Origin: Octopus bimaculoides
Taxonomy: Eukaryota
Direction: 5' to 3'
Assembly: GCF_001194135.2 (NCBI RefSeq)
Contig: NC_068983.1
Span: forward strand, 59,540,508 to 59,604,507
DNA length: 64,000 bases
Both the position numbers and the translations under genes were made by a program. The notes beneath the pieces were generated by a model, which had not been told where the DNA came from, searched no databases, and was given only the letters and a program-made list of their open reading frames with translations. Below, in pieces: positions 50,211-63,931 of this stretch; positions within the stretch are counted from its first letter, which is position 1; each line of letters begins with the position of its first letter.

Positions 50211-53190
50211 AGTCAATTAGCTAACTATTTATTTATTTCATTTATCATTTGGTTAGTCAATCAATTAGCTAGGTAATTTATGAAATATTGAGTAATCCTT
50301 CAGTTTAGTGTTAAATTGTTTTTATATGTAACTAGACATAAAGTCAACCATTTATATATACATACATACATACATACATACATACATACAGGTATATATA
50401 AATATATATGTACACACAGACAGACAGATTAGTAAGATTCAATTGTGAAAAGGCTAATGCACTCAATAGGAATCAAATCATGATTCTTGAGTGTCAGCCA
50501 GGTGTGCATACTACTAAATCTCAGTGTCTAATACAATGTTCAGATATTTACTTAAGCTTTACATGGCTGTAAATAGATTCAGTAATTTTCCCTCTTGCAG
50601 CCATAATATAAGGGTTATTCAAAACAAGTAATAAACACACTTGAATGTATTTACACCATCTTGGAAATCTGTCCTTCAAGTAAAAAGCTATACATTGATA
50701 CACATATACATGTACACACTCACATGTGCATACACACACACATACACACTCGCACACACACATACATACATATATACATATATACATACATACATGCATA
50801 CATACATACATGCATACATATATATTTATACACTCACACACACACATATGAAAGAACAACAAAAAGTAATATCAGAGATATTTCAAAATATCCATTCATA
50901 TTGAAACTGTTAGTTTCAATAACTCATCTCATAACAATGCAAAAGCATTTATAATTCTATAATCTATAATGATAATATATTATGCATGAATCATGCCATC
51001 AAGAATTGTTTTTGAATAATATATATATATGTACACACACACACACACATATATACACTTTTGGCTACCAATGGTTTCATGAAGCCTGCCTCAAGGAACA
51101 TTGGTACCCATCTCTATCTTGGATGAGAATATATTGTCTGATATCAGCATGCATGTGTGTGTACATTTTAATTTTTTTTCTCTTGCATTTGTACTTTAAC
51201 TCCCACTCTTATTCAGCCTTTTACTTCTTAAAATCCTCTGTCTTATTTTCTCCCTCACTCTTTCTTTATTTCTTTCATTTTATTTCACATCTTCTCTGTA
51301 TCTTTTCATTGATTCAACAATTTTCATCTCTCTATCTCATGCTCTCTCTCTATTCACCATTATGAACACCAATGTCACTATTGGTGCCAACATCATCATG
51401 ACCACCATACCAACTAATTTTTCTTTCTTAATTTGTGCTACTTCCCTTCGTATGACACAAAATGTGCATAGGTAGAAACATACTATTATATTAATATATA
51501 GATTTAGACAATAATGCTACAATAATGTAAGAATGATGAATATTAATATATTGATATTTTACTCACTATTATTGGTTTTTAAAGTCCAAGGTTTTCAGTG
51601 TTCCCATCTACTTCAACATGGTTTTTACGACTGGATGCCCTTCCTAATAACAAACACTTTACAGAGTGTACTGGGTGCTTTTTTCATGTAGCTTGCAAAA
51701 CTATGAACTCCTAGAGAGACAGCTTTATGCTGAAAGATGAGGGGGTCCAAGTATTAGAGAGAGAGCCAGAGCAGAACAGGATATTTGCTGTAGAGAAACT
51801 ACATGGCTATTCACATTTTGGGAGAGAGAATAGTAGATAATCATGGTGGAGCAGGGAAAAAATGAAAATAGCAGTGATAGGTTGTCTGGATAAGCATTAC
51901 TACTACAGAACATTAATGTAAACACATGGACACACATAGAAATGCATTTACACATACTCCACATATACACATGTACACTCATACACACATGCTTATGTGT
52001 ATATATGTAAATATGTAACATTAAGCTTCTTTCAGTTTTGTCTACCAAATTCTCTCACAAGACTTTGATTAGCTCATGGCTATTGTAGAAGATACTTTCT
52101 CTAAAGTGCCACACAATGACATTTGTTGGTATAAAACTGAGATCGTGCTAGATTAAAGGTTAAACACAGAATATACCTGAGTTGGTACGATGGAGACTAA
52201 ATATAGTTTCATCAGCAACTATTTATGAGGGGTGTGTCTTTAGAGTTAATTGTTGATTGAAAAAAAAGTTAAGATTTGATGAAAATGACGAGGAGGAGAA
52301 GCAAGTTAACAAGTTAATTGGGATCAAAAACCTTTGTAGAAGGGATAAGGTGGAGATGCAAATAGTTAATGTGTTAGTAGGATGGGTTGTAGCTATATTG
52401 ATGTTGTTTATATAATATCTTCAGTTTGTGTAAAAGTGAAATCCTTTGCAAATTAAGCATACATACAGCAAAGTTAAATTGAAGTTTGTTGAAGTTACTT
52501 GGAAAACTTATAAATTACAGCTGAGAAACATGTCAGTTTGTTCAAGAAAGGTGTTATTTCTAAAGCACTGGGCAGTATTGCAGGCAATAATATATGGAAT
52601 AGCACAGGTGAAGAGGATTTATAGGCGATCAATCCAAGAATTAACTTTTCTGTTACACTTGTTTAGATTCTGTCTCTCAGCACTGATAACAAACAGATAG
52701 ATCTAGAAGCTTTATTTCACTTTGTTTCCTTGCTCTCTTTCTCTGAATACATACACACACACACACACATTAACTGTGTGTATTCTAGTTTTAGAATAGG
52801 AATGATGTGTCCCTGCATGTTGTAAAAAGTAACTAAAAGGTTTTCTCTGATTTACTTGCTGAGTGTGGTAGAAGAGGCACTGCTCATAATCTTTGCAGAT
52901 GTTCTTTTATTAGGAGAGACTCTCAGTGATAGTGAGGCCCAGCATTTGGAGCAACTGTGGGCACTGGCTGGAAGGCTTTATTGATGCAGGGGGCAACAGC
53001 ATTGCTTTTAGCAAACCTCTTTAAAGTTCTGATACTCTGGAAGAAACCTTCCAACCATCTAAGACATGCCACCATATAAAGGAAAATGTAAAATGAAGCT
53101 GGTGATGATTTTATCCATACATACATACAATGTGTGTGTGTGACAATATAGAAACGGATATGAATGCATGTATATATATGTATATATTTA

Positions 53191-53226
<36 letters not shown>

Positions 53227-54105
53227 CATGCAAGTGTTCATATCCCTACGTTACTATATTGTCATCACCATTAATAGATAGACAAGTCTAAATGACATTA
53301 TAATTTAAATTTTACTTTAAACAGTTAATTTTCTCAATTAATTTCTTAAACTCATTCCTGTATGAAATATTTTTTCACCTCTGTCATGCTTTGGTTCATC
53401 CCACTGACTAATTTAGCAATATAGATCCAGCTAACCTTCATCTGCTATGACCCATTCTGTCAGTGCAGACCAGTTACCAATATATTATTTCCCTTCCCTT
53501 TTAGTGAGTAAACATCCAACTCCTTCTGTGTTTCATGTGGAAATTCTCATGCTACTACTGTAAGACCTGTACCTTCTATAACTGAGACAATGTTGTACCC
53601 TTCAAAAAAGGAGGACACACAGTGTATGGTAGAGGAGACTTTTTAGTCTTGTTGGCAACATCTTCAGAGCTGGTAGCACAATTATATTTACCTGTACCCA
53701 ATCCATGATGTAAAGCTTTCTTGTAGGAAAGGTATCCAGCTGTAAAATCCATACCAATCAGGAAGGAATGAATGGAAGAAAATGATAGACAATAAAATGC
53801 ATCCAGTCTCCTCTGTCAAGTTATTTGTGATGAATGGTGATGGTGGTGGTGGGGATATCCATGGAAACTATACCAAAAATAGTGAAATATACAATAACAA
53901 ACAAAGTTAGCAGATGTTTCTCTGCTGGTGTGTCTTCCAGATGATGAAGGACCACAGCGGGTGATGAGACATTACAATACTTATCTAACCCATGCCAGAA
54001 TGATAAAAAAAAAAAGTAAAAAGAACTTATAAAATAACAGTAGCAGTGGTAGTAACGACAGTTGTATTTATTTTTACATAAGCATTTTTTACAGTTTTTA
54101 CATAT

Positions 54106-54138
<33 letters not shown>

Positions 54139-54672
54139 CATGCATACATGCCTATATATATGTGCATGTGTGTGTGTGTATATGTATATATANNNNNNNN
54201 NNNNNNNNNNNNNNNNNNNNNNNNNNNNNNNNNNNNNNNNNNNNNNNNNNNNNNNNNNNNNNNNNNNNNNNNNNNNNNNNNNNNNNNNNNNNNNNNNNNN
54301 NNNNNNNNNNNNNNNNNNNNNNNNNNNNNNNNNNNNNNNNNNNNNNNNNNNNNNNNNNNNNNNNNNNNNNNNNNNNNNNNNNNNNNNNNNNNNNNNNNNN
54401 NNNNNNNNNNNNNNNNNNNNNNNNNNNNNNNNNNNNNNNNNNNNNNNNNNNNNNNNNNNNNNNNNNNNNNNNNNNNNNNNNNNNNNNNNNNNNNNNNNNN
54501 NNNNNNNNNNNNNNNNNNNNNNNNNNNNNNNNNNNNNNNNNNNNNNNNNNNNNNNNNNNNNNNNNNNNNNNNNNNNNNNNNNNNNNNNNNNNNNNNNNNN
54601 NNNNNNNNNNNNNNNNNNNNNNNNTATATATATATATATCTATCTATCTATCTATCTATCTATCTGTCTGTC

Positions 54673-54710
<38 letters not shown>

Positions 54711-55079
54711 ATCATACTGTCATACTGCTCTTATTTCTTTCCCTCCTTTGCTCTTTTTCTCACTCTCTCTCTATCTCTGTCTATCTATCCATCTATCTGT
54801 CTGTCTGTCTGTCTATCTAAATATATCTATCAGTGTTTCTGATATTTAATAAACTACAATTGTTACTTCCTTCTAAATTTTGATTCTCACTTCAGACATT
54901 ATTTACTATTTAATATATTTTCCATCACAGTTTCTTGGTCTAATCAGCGTTATCGTTAGAAATCTCAATTCTTATTCTACTATAGCTTTTATTTCATTGA
55001 CTCAATAGATGAAGTCTTGGTAATAAATTCTTTGTAAACAAGTATCATGCTAAGTTGTTTTATATGATGACAAAGAGGA

Positions 55080-55250
55080 AATGAAGAGGAAATATTTTAT
55101 TATTGAGAATTTTCTGAGGCTGATGACCTAGTTTATCTTGGAGAATTTTTTTGAAGCTCTCAAGAAATTCTTTGCAATTTGAAAGATGGACTAACAGTCA
55201 AAAGATCTGAAATATAATATTGTAATAACCAAAGAACAGAGAACACAAAA
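55080..55250 (+). mobile_element. RTE LINE reverse-transcriptase remnant
   Basis: GCTGATGACCTAGTTTATCTTGGA = ADDLVYLG (RT catalytic xADD), followed by a frameshifted LKKFFAI*KDGLTVKRSE resembling RTE ...W..GL..KGL.VN. Confidence 0.55.
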
Positions 55251-55356
55251 TTCCAGTACTGTCAAGAAAGTGTCTTGATTCAACACATAAATAGTCAGTA
55301 GGAACTCACTACAATAAATTCTAGAACTCTTGCAAATTAATATGGAACCAAGAATT

Positions 55357-55436
55357 AAGAGCATTGGAGGATTTAATGAAGAGCATTGGAGGATTTAATG
55401 AAGAGCATTGGAGGATTTAATGAAGAGCATTGGAGG
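55357..55436. repeat. Perfect 22-bp tandem repeat, 3.6 copies (AAGAGCATTGGAGGATTTAATG)
   Basis: Units at 55357, 55379, 55401 and partial at 55423; identical, no spacers. Confidence 0.97.
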
Positions 55437-55578
55437 GCCTGAAAATGCAATGATAAAATTTACAGAAGAAAGATGACATAGCATACTAGAGATCCATCTC
55501 ACAAATGAAAAATTATTATTAAAAAGGAAATTAGAAATATTATTGACAAAATTTATATGAATTGTTCATATAAGCACA

Positions 55579-55997
55579 GGCATGGCTCATTTTTAAGAAG
55601 TTTGCTTCCTGAATGCATAGTATGGCACTTTGGGCAAGTGACTTCTACTTTGGTCAGCCCAAGGCTAAACAAGACCTTGTGAGCAGAATTAGTAGATGGG
55701 AACTGAAAGAAGCCCACTGTGTGTGTGTGTGTGTGCGTGTGTGTGTGCATGCATGTGTGTGTGCATGCATGTGTGTGTGTGTGTAGCTTTGTGTCATTTT
55801 ATCCATGACCACTATTTGACAACTGGTGTCAGTGTGTTTACATCCCCATAAGTTAGCAGTTTGGCAAAAAGGTCAATAGAATAAGTACATGGCTTAAAAA
55901 AAATAAGTACTGGGATCAACTCATTTGACTAAAAATTCTTTAAAGTAGTATCCCAACATGGCTGCAGTCTAATGACAGAAACTGTTACAAGATAAAT
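55579..55997 (+). mobile_element. SINE family A (tail A)
   Basis: Head, (TG)n/(TGCA) tract, tail ...CATGGCTGCAGTCTAATGACAGAAAC. Confidence 0.8.
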
Positions 55998-56510
55998 TAT
56001 ATTGCTTGCTAGATTTTTTGTCAATAGTATTTTTTAGCAGTTTTTGTACATAAGAAGTTCAGGAAATATTTGTGGAGAAAGTATCTTTGTTAGAATTAGG
56101 AAAAAATAGAAGAAACACAGCTAATAGTTATTAGTGTTGTCAGTAAAGAGTTACATAAGGTAGCATATAAAGCATCATCATCATTATCGTTTTAAGATCA
56201 GATGTGAATATGTTGGAGCAGAGTTTTCTATGATCAAACTGTCTTTTCTGTCTCAGATCCCTACTTGCTTCTAAGTGAGGTATCAGCTTTCTAATGTACT
56301 GAACAGCAAACAGCCTGGAGATGTTTCCATGGAGAACTGGAAACATATGATATCAAATAAATGAGCCTTTTGTTTGCAAAGATCACACATCAAGATATGC
56401 CAAGAAGACTGGTCATGCTTTTGCAGTGGACTGCAAGCAAATGACAAGATTAACAAACCCATTGTTTAGAAGCAGCAAATGAGCACATGGGCAGAGAAGA
56501 AAATAGAAAC

Positions 56511-56562
<52 letters not shown>

Positions 56563-59500
56563 ACACACGCAAAGCACCTTGAACTCAAAATTATGTGGTT
56601 GGGAAGCAAAGTTTTTTGTCACACAGCCACCATATTAAACATTTAAAAATTTGAAATTGCTAGTGCTGCTAATATATATGGCAGTCACTACACATAGGTA
56701 CAAAAATTGAAGGTTACAATGATTGATATCTGGTTAAATGAAGCAAATTTTTTTAAATCGTCACTCTGAAATAATCAGAATCTAGTGAGACAGAAATTTG
56801 TAGTATATATAGATTCAAAATGTGCATGATGTTGGCATAATTCATGTTCCACAAAATTCCATACAAAACCCTGGACAGAGTGGTTTTTAAAAAATCACTT
56901 CATTTTCTGAAGTTTAAAATGTGCGTTTTAATTTATTAAGATTCTTATTAATTTTCTTTTGATTAAAAAATAAAAACTATAATTGCCTTATCTTGAAAAC
57001 CTAAATTTCAAATTATAAAAATCAAAAAACCATTTTAAAAATATGTGAAATGTTTTAAAAATCCTGGCTTAAGTGATAAATACTTTATTCTTTTGTGACA
57101 ACACAATCATATGTGCATCACTATACAAACTAAATTGTAAAGTTGAATATAAACTTAATTAACTAAGTTTATACATTGTCATTATTAAAGTTAAATTGGT
57201 TTTCAGAAAACACAAAACATAGTGATGTGATTTCTACAATGGTGACTTTACAACAGTTTCATTTTTATGGCTTATGCTAGTAAATGGCATAGATGTCTTT
57301 TGAATATAATTTTTTTTGTTTATGATGTATGAACATTTTCATGTGTACTTTATACAGCAGCTATAATAAATCTAGTTAATCACTTCTTTTTTCACACAAT
57401 GAAATACTAAAGAAAACTCAGTGTGTATTATACATGTGAGATGTTCTTTCCAAGATTTCATTGATCATAATTAGGTGAGTGCATTATATATGAGTGTATA
57501 TTATATATGAATATCTGCAATATTAGGAAACAATGTAATTCAAAGAAGAAATCCATATCAAAATCAAATCATTATTTCCTCTGAAGTTTACCTCAACAAT
57601 GTAGGAATATTTACTAATGAAGTTATTCGAATATTTGGATATTTTGATGTCAAACACTTTTAGAGATACAGTTTTGTTATTAATGTTCTATAATAACAAT
57701 GAAGTTTTCAGAGTTATAGAATTTATTTCAAACTGAAAGGGTTTTGATGATGTAAAATATTCTTTTTATTTTTTTTAGCATCAACAACACTGAGTTTATT
57801 TCCTTAGCTAATCTCTTAAAGTAATTCACTTAAATATTCCATTAAAAACAAAGTTACCTAAAATGAGGCAGGTACATTAAATTTGATGGCTTCATTGTTG
57901 ATGTGCTAAAGTAAAGAAGCTGAAACCAGATCAGTTTTGTGCTTTTCTTTTAAAAGTTAGAACAGTGAAAAAAATTGCTGATTCATCGCACCTTTTCTTT
58001 AAAAATTCACTTTAATATTCTTCTATTACTTCTTTTGTATAATTATTTCTGTAATGTTGATAATGACAAAAAGAAGAACTAGAATGACAAAAAGAAGAAA
58101 TAAAACAACTTAAGCACATACTTTAAATTGGGAAATGTTTGTTTCTAACCAAAAAGTGTTGATATTGAAAATAGAGCAATCTAAAGAGATGCTGAATTGC
58201 AATGTAAACAAAAAAAAAAGATTAATTTAGATTCATAAAAATATATATATAAAAATAAACATAAATGAAAAATTCTCAGGATCATTATAAGTGATAATGT
58301 TGATTTGTTTATTTTTTTTTTCTTTGAAACCTAAGAAGATACATTTTGGGTAAGTGCCATGAAATTTTGCAGATACTTTAGATCTTATCATTTGCATTAT
58401 TACAAACACTAGTCATCATTATTTTCATAACATCCTTGGTTTTTATCTATATGAGCAATTTTGAGACAGACAGTTTACATAATCAATACTTCAGATATCT
58501 TTAGAGTAAAAAGTGGAAATAAACATTATTTCTTTGCAATAAAACATTATAGGATATGTTGTTTTGAAATATTCCGGTAAATGATATTCAAAATATTGTT
58601 ATCTTGTTCAAAGTAATGTCAGAAAATAAATTTAACTTTTGAACGTTATTTTTTCATAAAAACATGCAAAGCATAAAATTTCAGTTTAGAATTCACACAA
58701 CATTGTAATGGAGAGAAACTTTCCTAATTAAACTGTAAAAAAGAAATGCTTAATATAGAGAGAAGTATTTAATGTAGATTATGTCAAGCTGTTATATCTC
58801 CAATGTAAATGGTCAGTATAACTGACTAGTTAAAAGATTTGACAAGTAAATCTGATTCTGTCTGGCTCAGTGGCTGTATACTGAACCAAATGACACATTT
58901 AGATTCCTACTGAATAGAATCTGTGTGTTGTTACTGAATAAAGGAAATGTCCATTATCAATTGTCATGGCCAATTATTTGTGGCTTTTTCTTTGAAATTA
59001 CTTGGAATTCTGTGTATTAACAGAACAACATTTAGTGGCAGAGATGTGACGGAGAAGATTAAAACAGTCTGACTGACTAAACTGTCAATTCATATTCTTG
59101 ATATCCTAGCCTGAGCTTTCACATTAACCTATTCATTGTTGCAGTTACTTTAAATAGTCATTTATGCATTTTTATCTGATGCGGAAAATCAGAAAAGTTA
59201 TTTTTGTTTTCTCAGAATAATGAAATAAAATGATTTTCATATAGACACAGCTACTAATACACACTTGCACAATAAATGTAACAGATCTTCTGAGTATTGA
59301 AATATGCCTACAAAACATTTTTTTACCACTTTTCCATCAAGTAAAAGATTGAATTCTATCTATACTGATTTGGTTCATATTCCTTCCAACTCCATTTTTT
59401 ATTAATTCTTCAATCTATCTTTGATTCATTTGTTCATTGAGAGAACTTAGATTTTTCTGTCATTTCTAAAACTGCATCAAAGCTTTATACCTTCAGGGTG

Positions 59501-59724
59501 AAAGTACTGAAACTTTATAATAGCAAAATATATTACATAAATACACTCCACTGAGTTCCTGTGTGGAATAATAAGCTATGCAGAGATATATGACCCAATC
59601 AGTATATTGAACAATCAGCCAAGAAGTCAGTAGTTCATGTCTTCTCATCAACACTTCTTTGTGTTTATTGCCAAGATACATATATCCCAGAGGGAAGAAA
59701 ATCTACTTAATTTTAAGTAATTAC

Positions 59725-59833
59725 CCCAGGGTGATATATTTCATAAATCTAATCAGCTCTTGTACTATAAAATTGATTATTGGTTCATTAATTGTAAGTG
59801 CTGAGTTCAGTTCTTCCAGTAGAAATAACTTAC
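59725..59833 (-). CDS. Candidate coding exon (G)KLFLLEELNSALTINEPIINFIVQELIRFMKYITL(G), unknown product
   Basis: Long polypyrimidine tract plus TTGCAG acceptor; donor GG|GTAATT; 109 nt, phase 1 to 2; stop immediately after the donor. Confidence 0.4.
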
Positions 59834-61539
59834 CTGCAATGTTCAGAGGGGAAGAGAGAGTGGGGGAGAGAGATTTTCCTCATTCACTTAACACTGCATA
59901 AAGTAAAAATTAGTATCAGCAGATGTTTGTCAAAAGAAATAATAATAACAACAACAACAACAACAATAATAATAATAATAAGTTATTATCCTTCCATTAT
60001 TCAATTACTATCTGGGATCACATTTTGAAAAATCATTTGGCTAGATTGATACAGACTTTCTCATTGATATGTTTTTTTTCTGTTTTTTTTTGGGGGGGGG
60101 GACTTGTATTATATCTCTATTTCTTTAAACAGTTTTTACAGCAAGTGCTGCCTTTAGGACTTGTCATACATTCTGTTTCAAATGAAATTGCTCTATGTAT
60201 ATTGCATTTGTATTACTGATTTTTATTACCCATTCAGAATTAATCACTCTAAGATATTATACGCATTTCATTCCTTATTTCTCCATAGAATACTCTTCCC
60301 TTCTCATCAAACTAACTTCTTTTTATAACATTTTATCAACCTCCTTAATCTGAACTATTTTCCACATACTTTCCCCGTGGGCTATGTCCAATGAACTTCC
60401 AACTTAGAATGATTTACATATATTCATAACAGAAAAGCACACACATGTCAATATTTGTTTTTATGTTAGTTATAATAAAAACAATTTGGAATTTATCTGA
60501 TGGGTTACTCTATACTGTTGTAGAGTACAAATTTATTATTCTTAAACAACAATATTGTTGACATTGACTTCAAAGTTCCAGCCAATTAAACCATCACCTG
60601 ATGATGTCTTAAGTTACTATCAATAATACTTTGTTTGAATAATATATATGTACATATATATATATATATATAACTACACACAATTCATTACATTACCCAT
60701 TCCATAATTAAAAATTCAGGTAAAGAAATATTGGTTTTGCATTTAAGAACTTCAATGTTTTAATGCTAAAATAGGAAATAAAAAAATCTATATAATGCAC
60801 CATGCTAATAACATCAACAATTTAAACAATAAAAGCCACTGAAATTTTACTGAAACAAAATAACAACATATTTGAGAGGAATAACCAATGAACAGCATGA
60901 TAAAGAAAAGTAAAATCAATTGCAATCTACATCTTCCAGATAAAGTTCTCAAATGTTTGGTTGAATAAGAACACGTCTGGCTTTTCTGAATGTTTCTTTT
61001 GCTTTTTCACTTTTCAAACTGCTGCCATTTAACATTTCTTGGCACTCAGCCAATTCTTTGTACTTTAATGTCTGTTAGTTCAAGGTGGAAGAAAATATCA
61101 AAATTTTACAAGATAATTTATATTGTGTAGGTCTCTTTGCATTTGCCAACAAATATCTCTGGTAAATTTGCTAGCTGATCTATTGTCAAACTCTAATTAA
61201 ATACTATCGAAGGTAGTTTTTCAATGATGTTGGCTTAGGGGGACAATTTTCATTTTTTTTATCATGACAAAGTCAAAAATGTTTTTGAAAGGAATATCTT
61301 TAGGCATTTGGTTTATTTGTTGTATAGAGTAGTCTCCTGCTGCACCTTGTGAGTGGGTTTCATAAGAAGGAAACTGAAGAAAGCTTATAGTATATNNNNN
61401 NNNNNNNNNNNNNNNNNNNNNNNNNNNNNNNNNNNNNNNNNNNNNNNNNNNNNNNNNNNNNNNNNNNNNNNNNNNNNNNNNNNNNNNNNNNNNNNNNNNN
61501 NNNNNNNNNNNNNNNNNNATATATATATATATATATACA

Positions 61540-62428
61540 CAGGGTGCGATGGATAAGTTGTTGCCATTTTAAATTTTTAATTTTGTGCATGCACATTATT
61601 TGTTTTGAATTTTGTCAGCTACAAAGTATAGTAGGGTCAGTTGGGCATTTTTTGTGAGAAAAACAGCATCATGATGCAATTCACTATGCCAGAAATTTTA
61701 AAATGACATGCTGTACTGCTTTTCATTTGTGCCAGAAGCTTCATTATGAACATTTCAGAATGTTTGGATGTCAATCTGAGGACAGTGTAATCTGAAAACA
61801 TGTACTGAGAGTGATAAAAATCAAACATCCAGTCAACATCATAGTGTTTGGAGTGATCACTAGTAATGACAACGTTATGCCTTCAATCATCTTTCCACAC
61901 AGCCTCAGATTCAACACGGACGCCCACGTCAAGTGCCTGGGGGCAGTAGTGCTGTCCTGATTCAAGAGAGTGATTACTGGAAGACCCTATGTCTGGCAAC
62001 AGGACTCTGCACCATGCCACACAAGCAGGAGAACCCAGTCATGACTGTCAGACAATTTCTACGACCACATCACCCCTAACATCTGGCCACCTAACTCCCC
62101 ATACTGCAACCTCCATATTATTATGTGTGGAATGCAGTTGAGCGAGAGACCAACAAAACTCCTTGGTAACACCAAAGATGAACTGAAAGCAAGGATTATG
62201 GCAGTATTGACCAACTTAAACAAGATGACTGTCCAGAAGAGTTGCAAGAGATTCTAAAGTCATCTGGAAGCTATGGTTGAAGCCAATGGCGATTTTATTG
62301 AATGAATTTACTCTTTAATATTTCAAGATATTTTAAAGTAATTTTGGCAAATATATCCGTTTAAATGAGATGTCAGTGTTATTTTCGTTTTAGCCTAATT
62401 TAGACGACAGTTTATTAACTGCACCCAG
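61540..62428 (+). mobile_element. Internally deleted Tc1/mariner element, maT-like (DD37D) transposase pseudogene
   Basis: Degenerate TIRs CAGGGTGCGATGGATAAGTTG / reverse complement CTGGGTGCAGTTAATAAACTG inside TA tracts; YVWQQDSAPCHTSRRTQS*LSDNFYDHITPNIWPPNSPYCN, then frameshifted YYVWNAVERETNK...LEAMVEANGDFIE*; position of the disrupted last D fits D37D spacing. Confidence 0.9.
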
Positions 62429-62459
<31 letters not shown>

Positions 62460-62543
62460 NNNNNNNNNNNNNNNNNNNNNNNNNNNNNNNNNNNNNNNNN
62501 NNNNNNNNNNNNNNNNNNNNNNNNNNNNNNNNNNNNNNNNNNN

Positions 62544-62584
<41 letters not shown>

Positions 62585-62586
<2 letters not shown>

Positions 62587-62985
62587 TATCTTTAATCTTT
62601 TACCTGTTTCAGCCATTAGACTGTTGCCATGCTGGGGCACCACCTTGAAGAATTTTTAATCAAATAAATCAACTGCAGTACTTGTTTTTATTTTTAATCC
62701 TGGTACTAATTCTATCAAACTCCTTTGCCAAACTGCTAAGTTATGGGGAGGTAAATATACCAATGCCAGTTGTCAAGTGATAGTAAAGGACTGACACAAA
62801 TAGACACACACACACATATGTATATATATAACAGGCTTCTTTCAGTTTATGTCTACCAAATTTGCACAAAAGGTTCTGGTTGACTTGAGGCTATAGTAGA
62901 ATACAATACTTGCCCAAAGTGCCACACAATGGCACTGAACCCAGAACCATTTGGTTAGGAAGCAAATGTCTTACCACACAGCCAC
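62585..62985 (-). mobile_element. SINE family A (tail A)
   Basis: TTTCAGCCATTAGACTGTTGCCATGCTGGGGCAC...CTTACCACACAGCCAC. Confidence 0.85.
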
Positions 62986-63860
62986 CTGCAAATTTAAATA
63001 TATGGCACGAAAGCAGTACTATTTTTGGAAAATGCAGTCAATGAATTACAGCTGGTCACCTCATGAAAAATCTGGCCTATTGACCATCTGGACAATAGGT
63101 CGAAGATATCAATTATCTAATATAGCAGAAAGCAGGTCTTGTAGAAATACAATGTCCTGATGTTGGTAGAGAAATGCAGTACAGTCAACAAGTACCTTCA
63201 TCTTTTGTCATCCTGCTGAATTCCAAGTTGCCATTAATAAGCTTAAGTAAAGAATAAAAAAATAAAGGAAAATATATTTCCTGTAAGATGGAACCTTTCT
63301 TTTGAAATCAAAGGTCAGTCAGTCAAATATCAATGGTTATAACAATAAAATGTTAAATCATTGATAACACTGTATCACATACATTTGTAAGACATATCTT
63401 AATATAAGTGATAAAATATTGTTATAAGTATCTGGGCATTCCTCATACAATAAAAAATTAGATTATATATATAGCATATAACATAGAATACATACAGAAT
63501 CTAAAGTAGTACATATGTACATATAATCCTTAGCCTTAATCATTTTCACACAATCCAAATAAGAAAGATCTAAAATTTAGATATTAAGGTATCAATTTTT
63601 TTTTATCAATCAATCACTTGGTATGTCAGAGCCTTTTTGTCAATGGCATACTTTCATTTATGCCACTTCTTTTCATGACAATTGAATGATAATGATAAAT
63701 AAGAAGGGAAACAAGATCCTTACAATATTCAATAATAATGCAAGTTTCAATTTTGAAAAAAGTCATCAAAATCATAGTTCATTCAGTTGATATGTAAGTA
63801 GTCAGTTAATTCAACAACAAGGTGTGACCCACAGAACAGTAGCACTGGATAGTGTCATAC

Positions 63861-63931
63861 CTCTTCAGACTATTTTTGCATGTCTGTTCAATCTGATGGT
63901 AGTCACAAGATGTGGGTATAGTAAATTCATT
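63861..63931 (-). CDS. Candidate exon NEFTIPTSCDYHQIEQTCKNSLK(R/S), unknown product
   Basis: Acceptor TTCTCCTGTTTAG, donor GAG|GTATGA; 71 nt, phase 0 to 2. Confidence 0.25.

Noticed and set aside
55357-55436. CRISPR-like array
   Set aside because: Units are contiguous with no spacers, and the context is eukaryotic with no cas genes.
57537-57687. Exon candidates on both strands
   Set aside because: Both strands give equally protein-like frames with mediocre splice sites, as expected by chance in AT-rich DNA.
60920-61170. Stop-codon readthrough, selenocysteine or editing rescue of a minus-strand frame (TLKYKELAECQEMLNG...QPNI*ELYLED)
   Set aside because: Several stops including TAA, no SECIS or domain recognised; a decayed TE or chance ORF explains it more simply.
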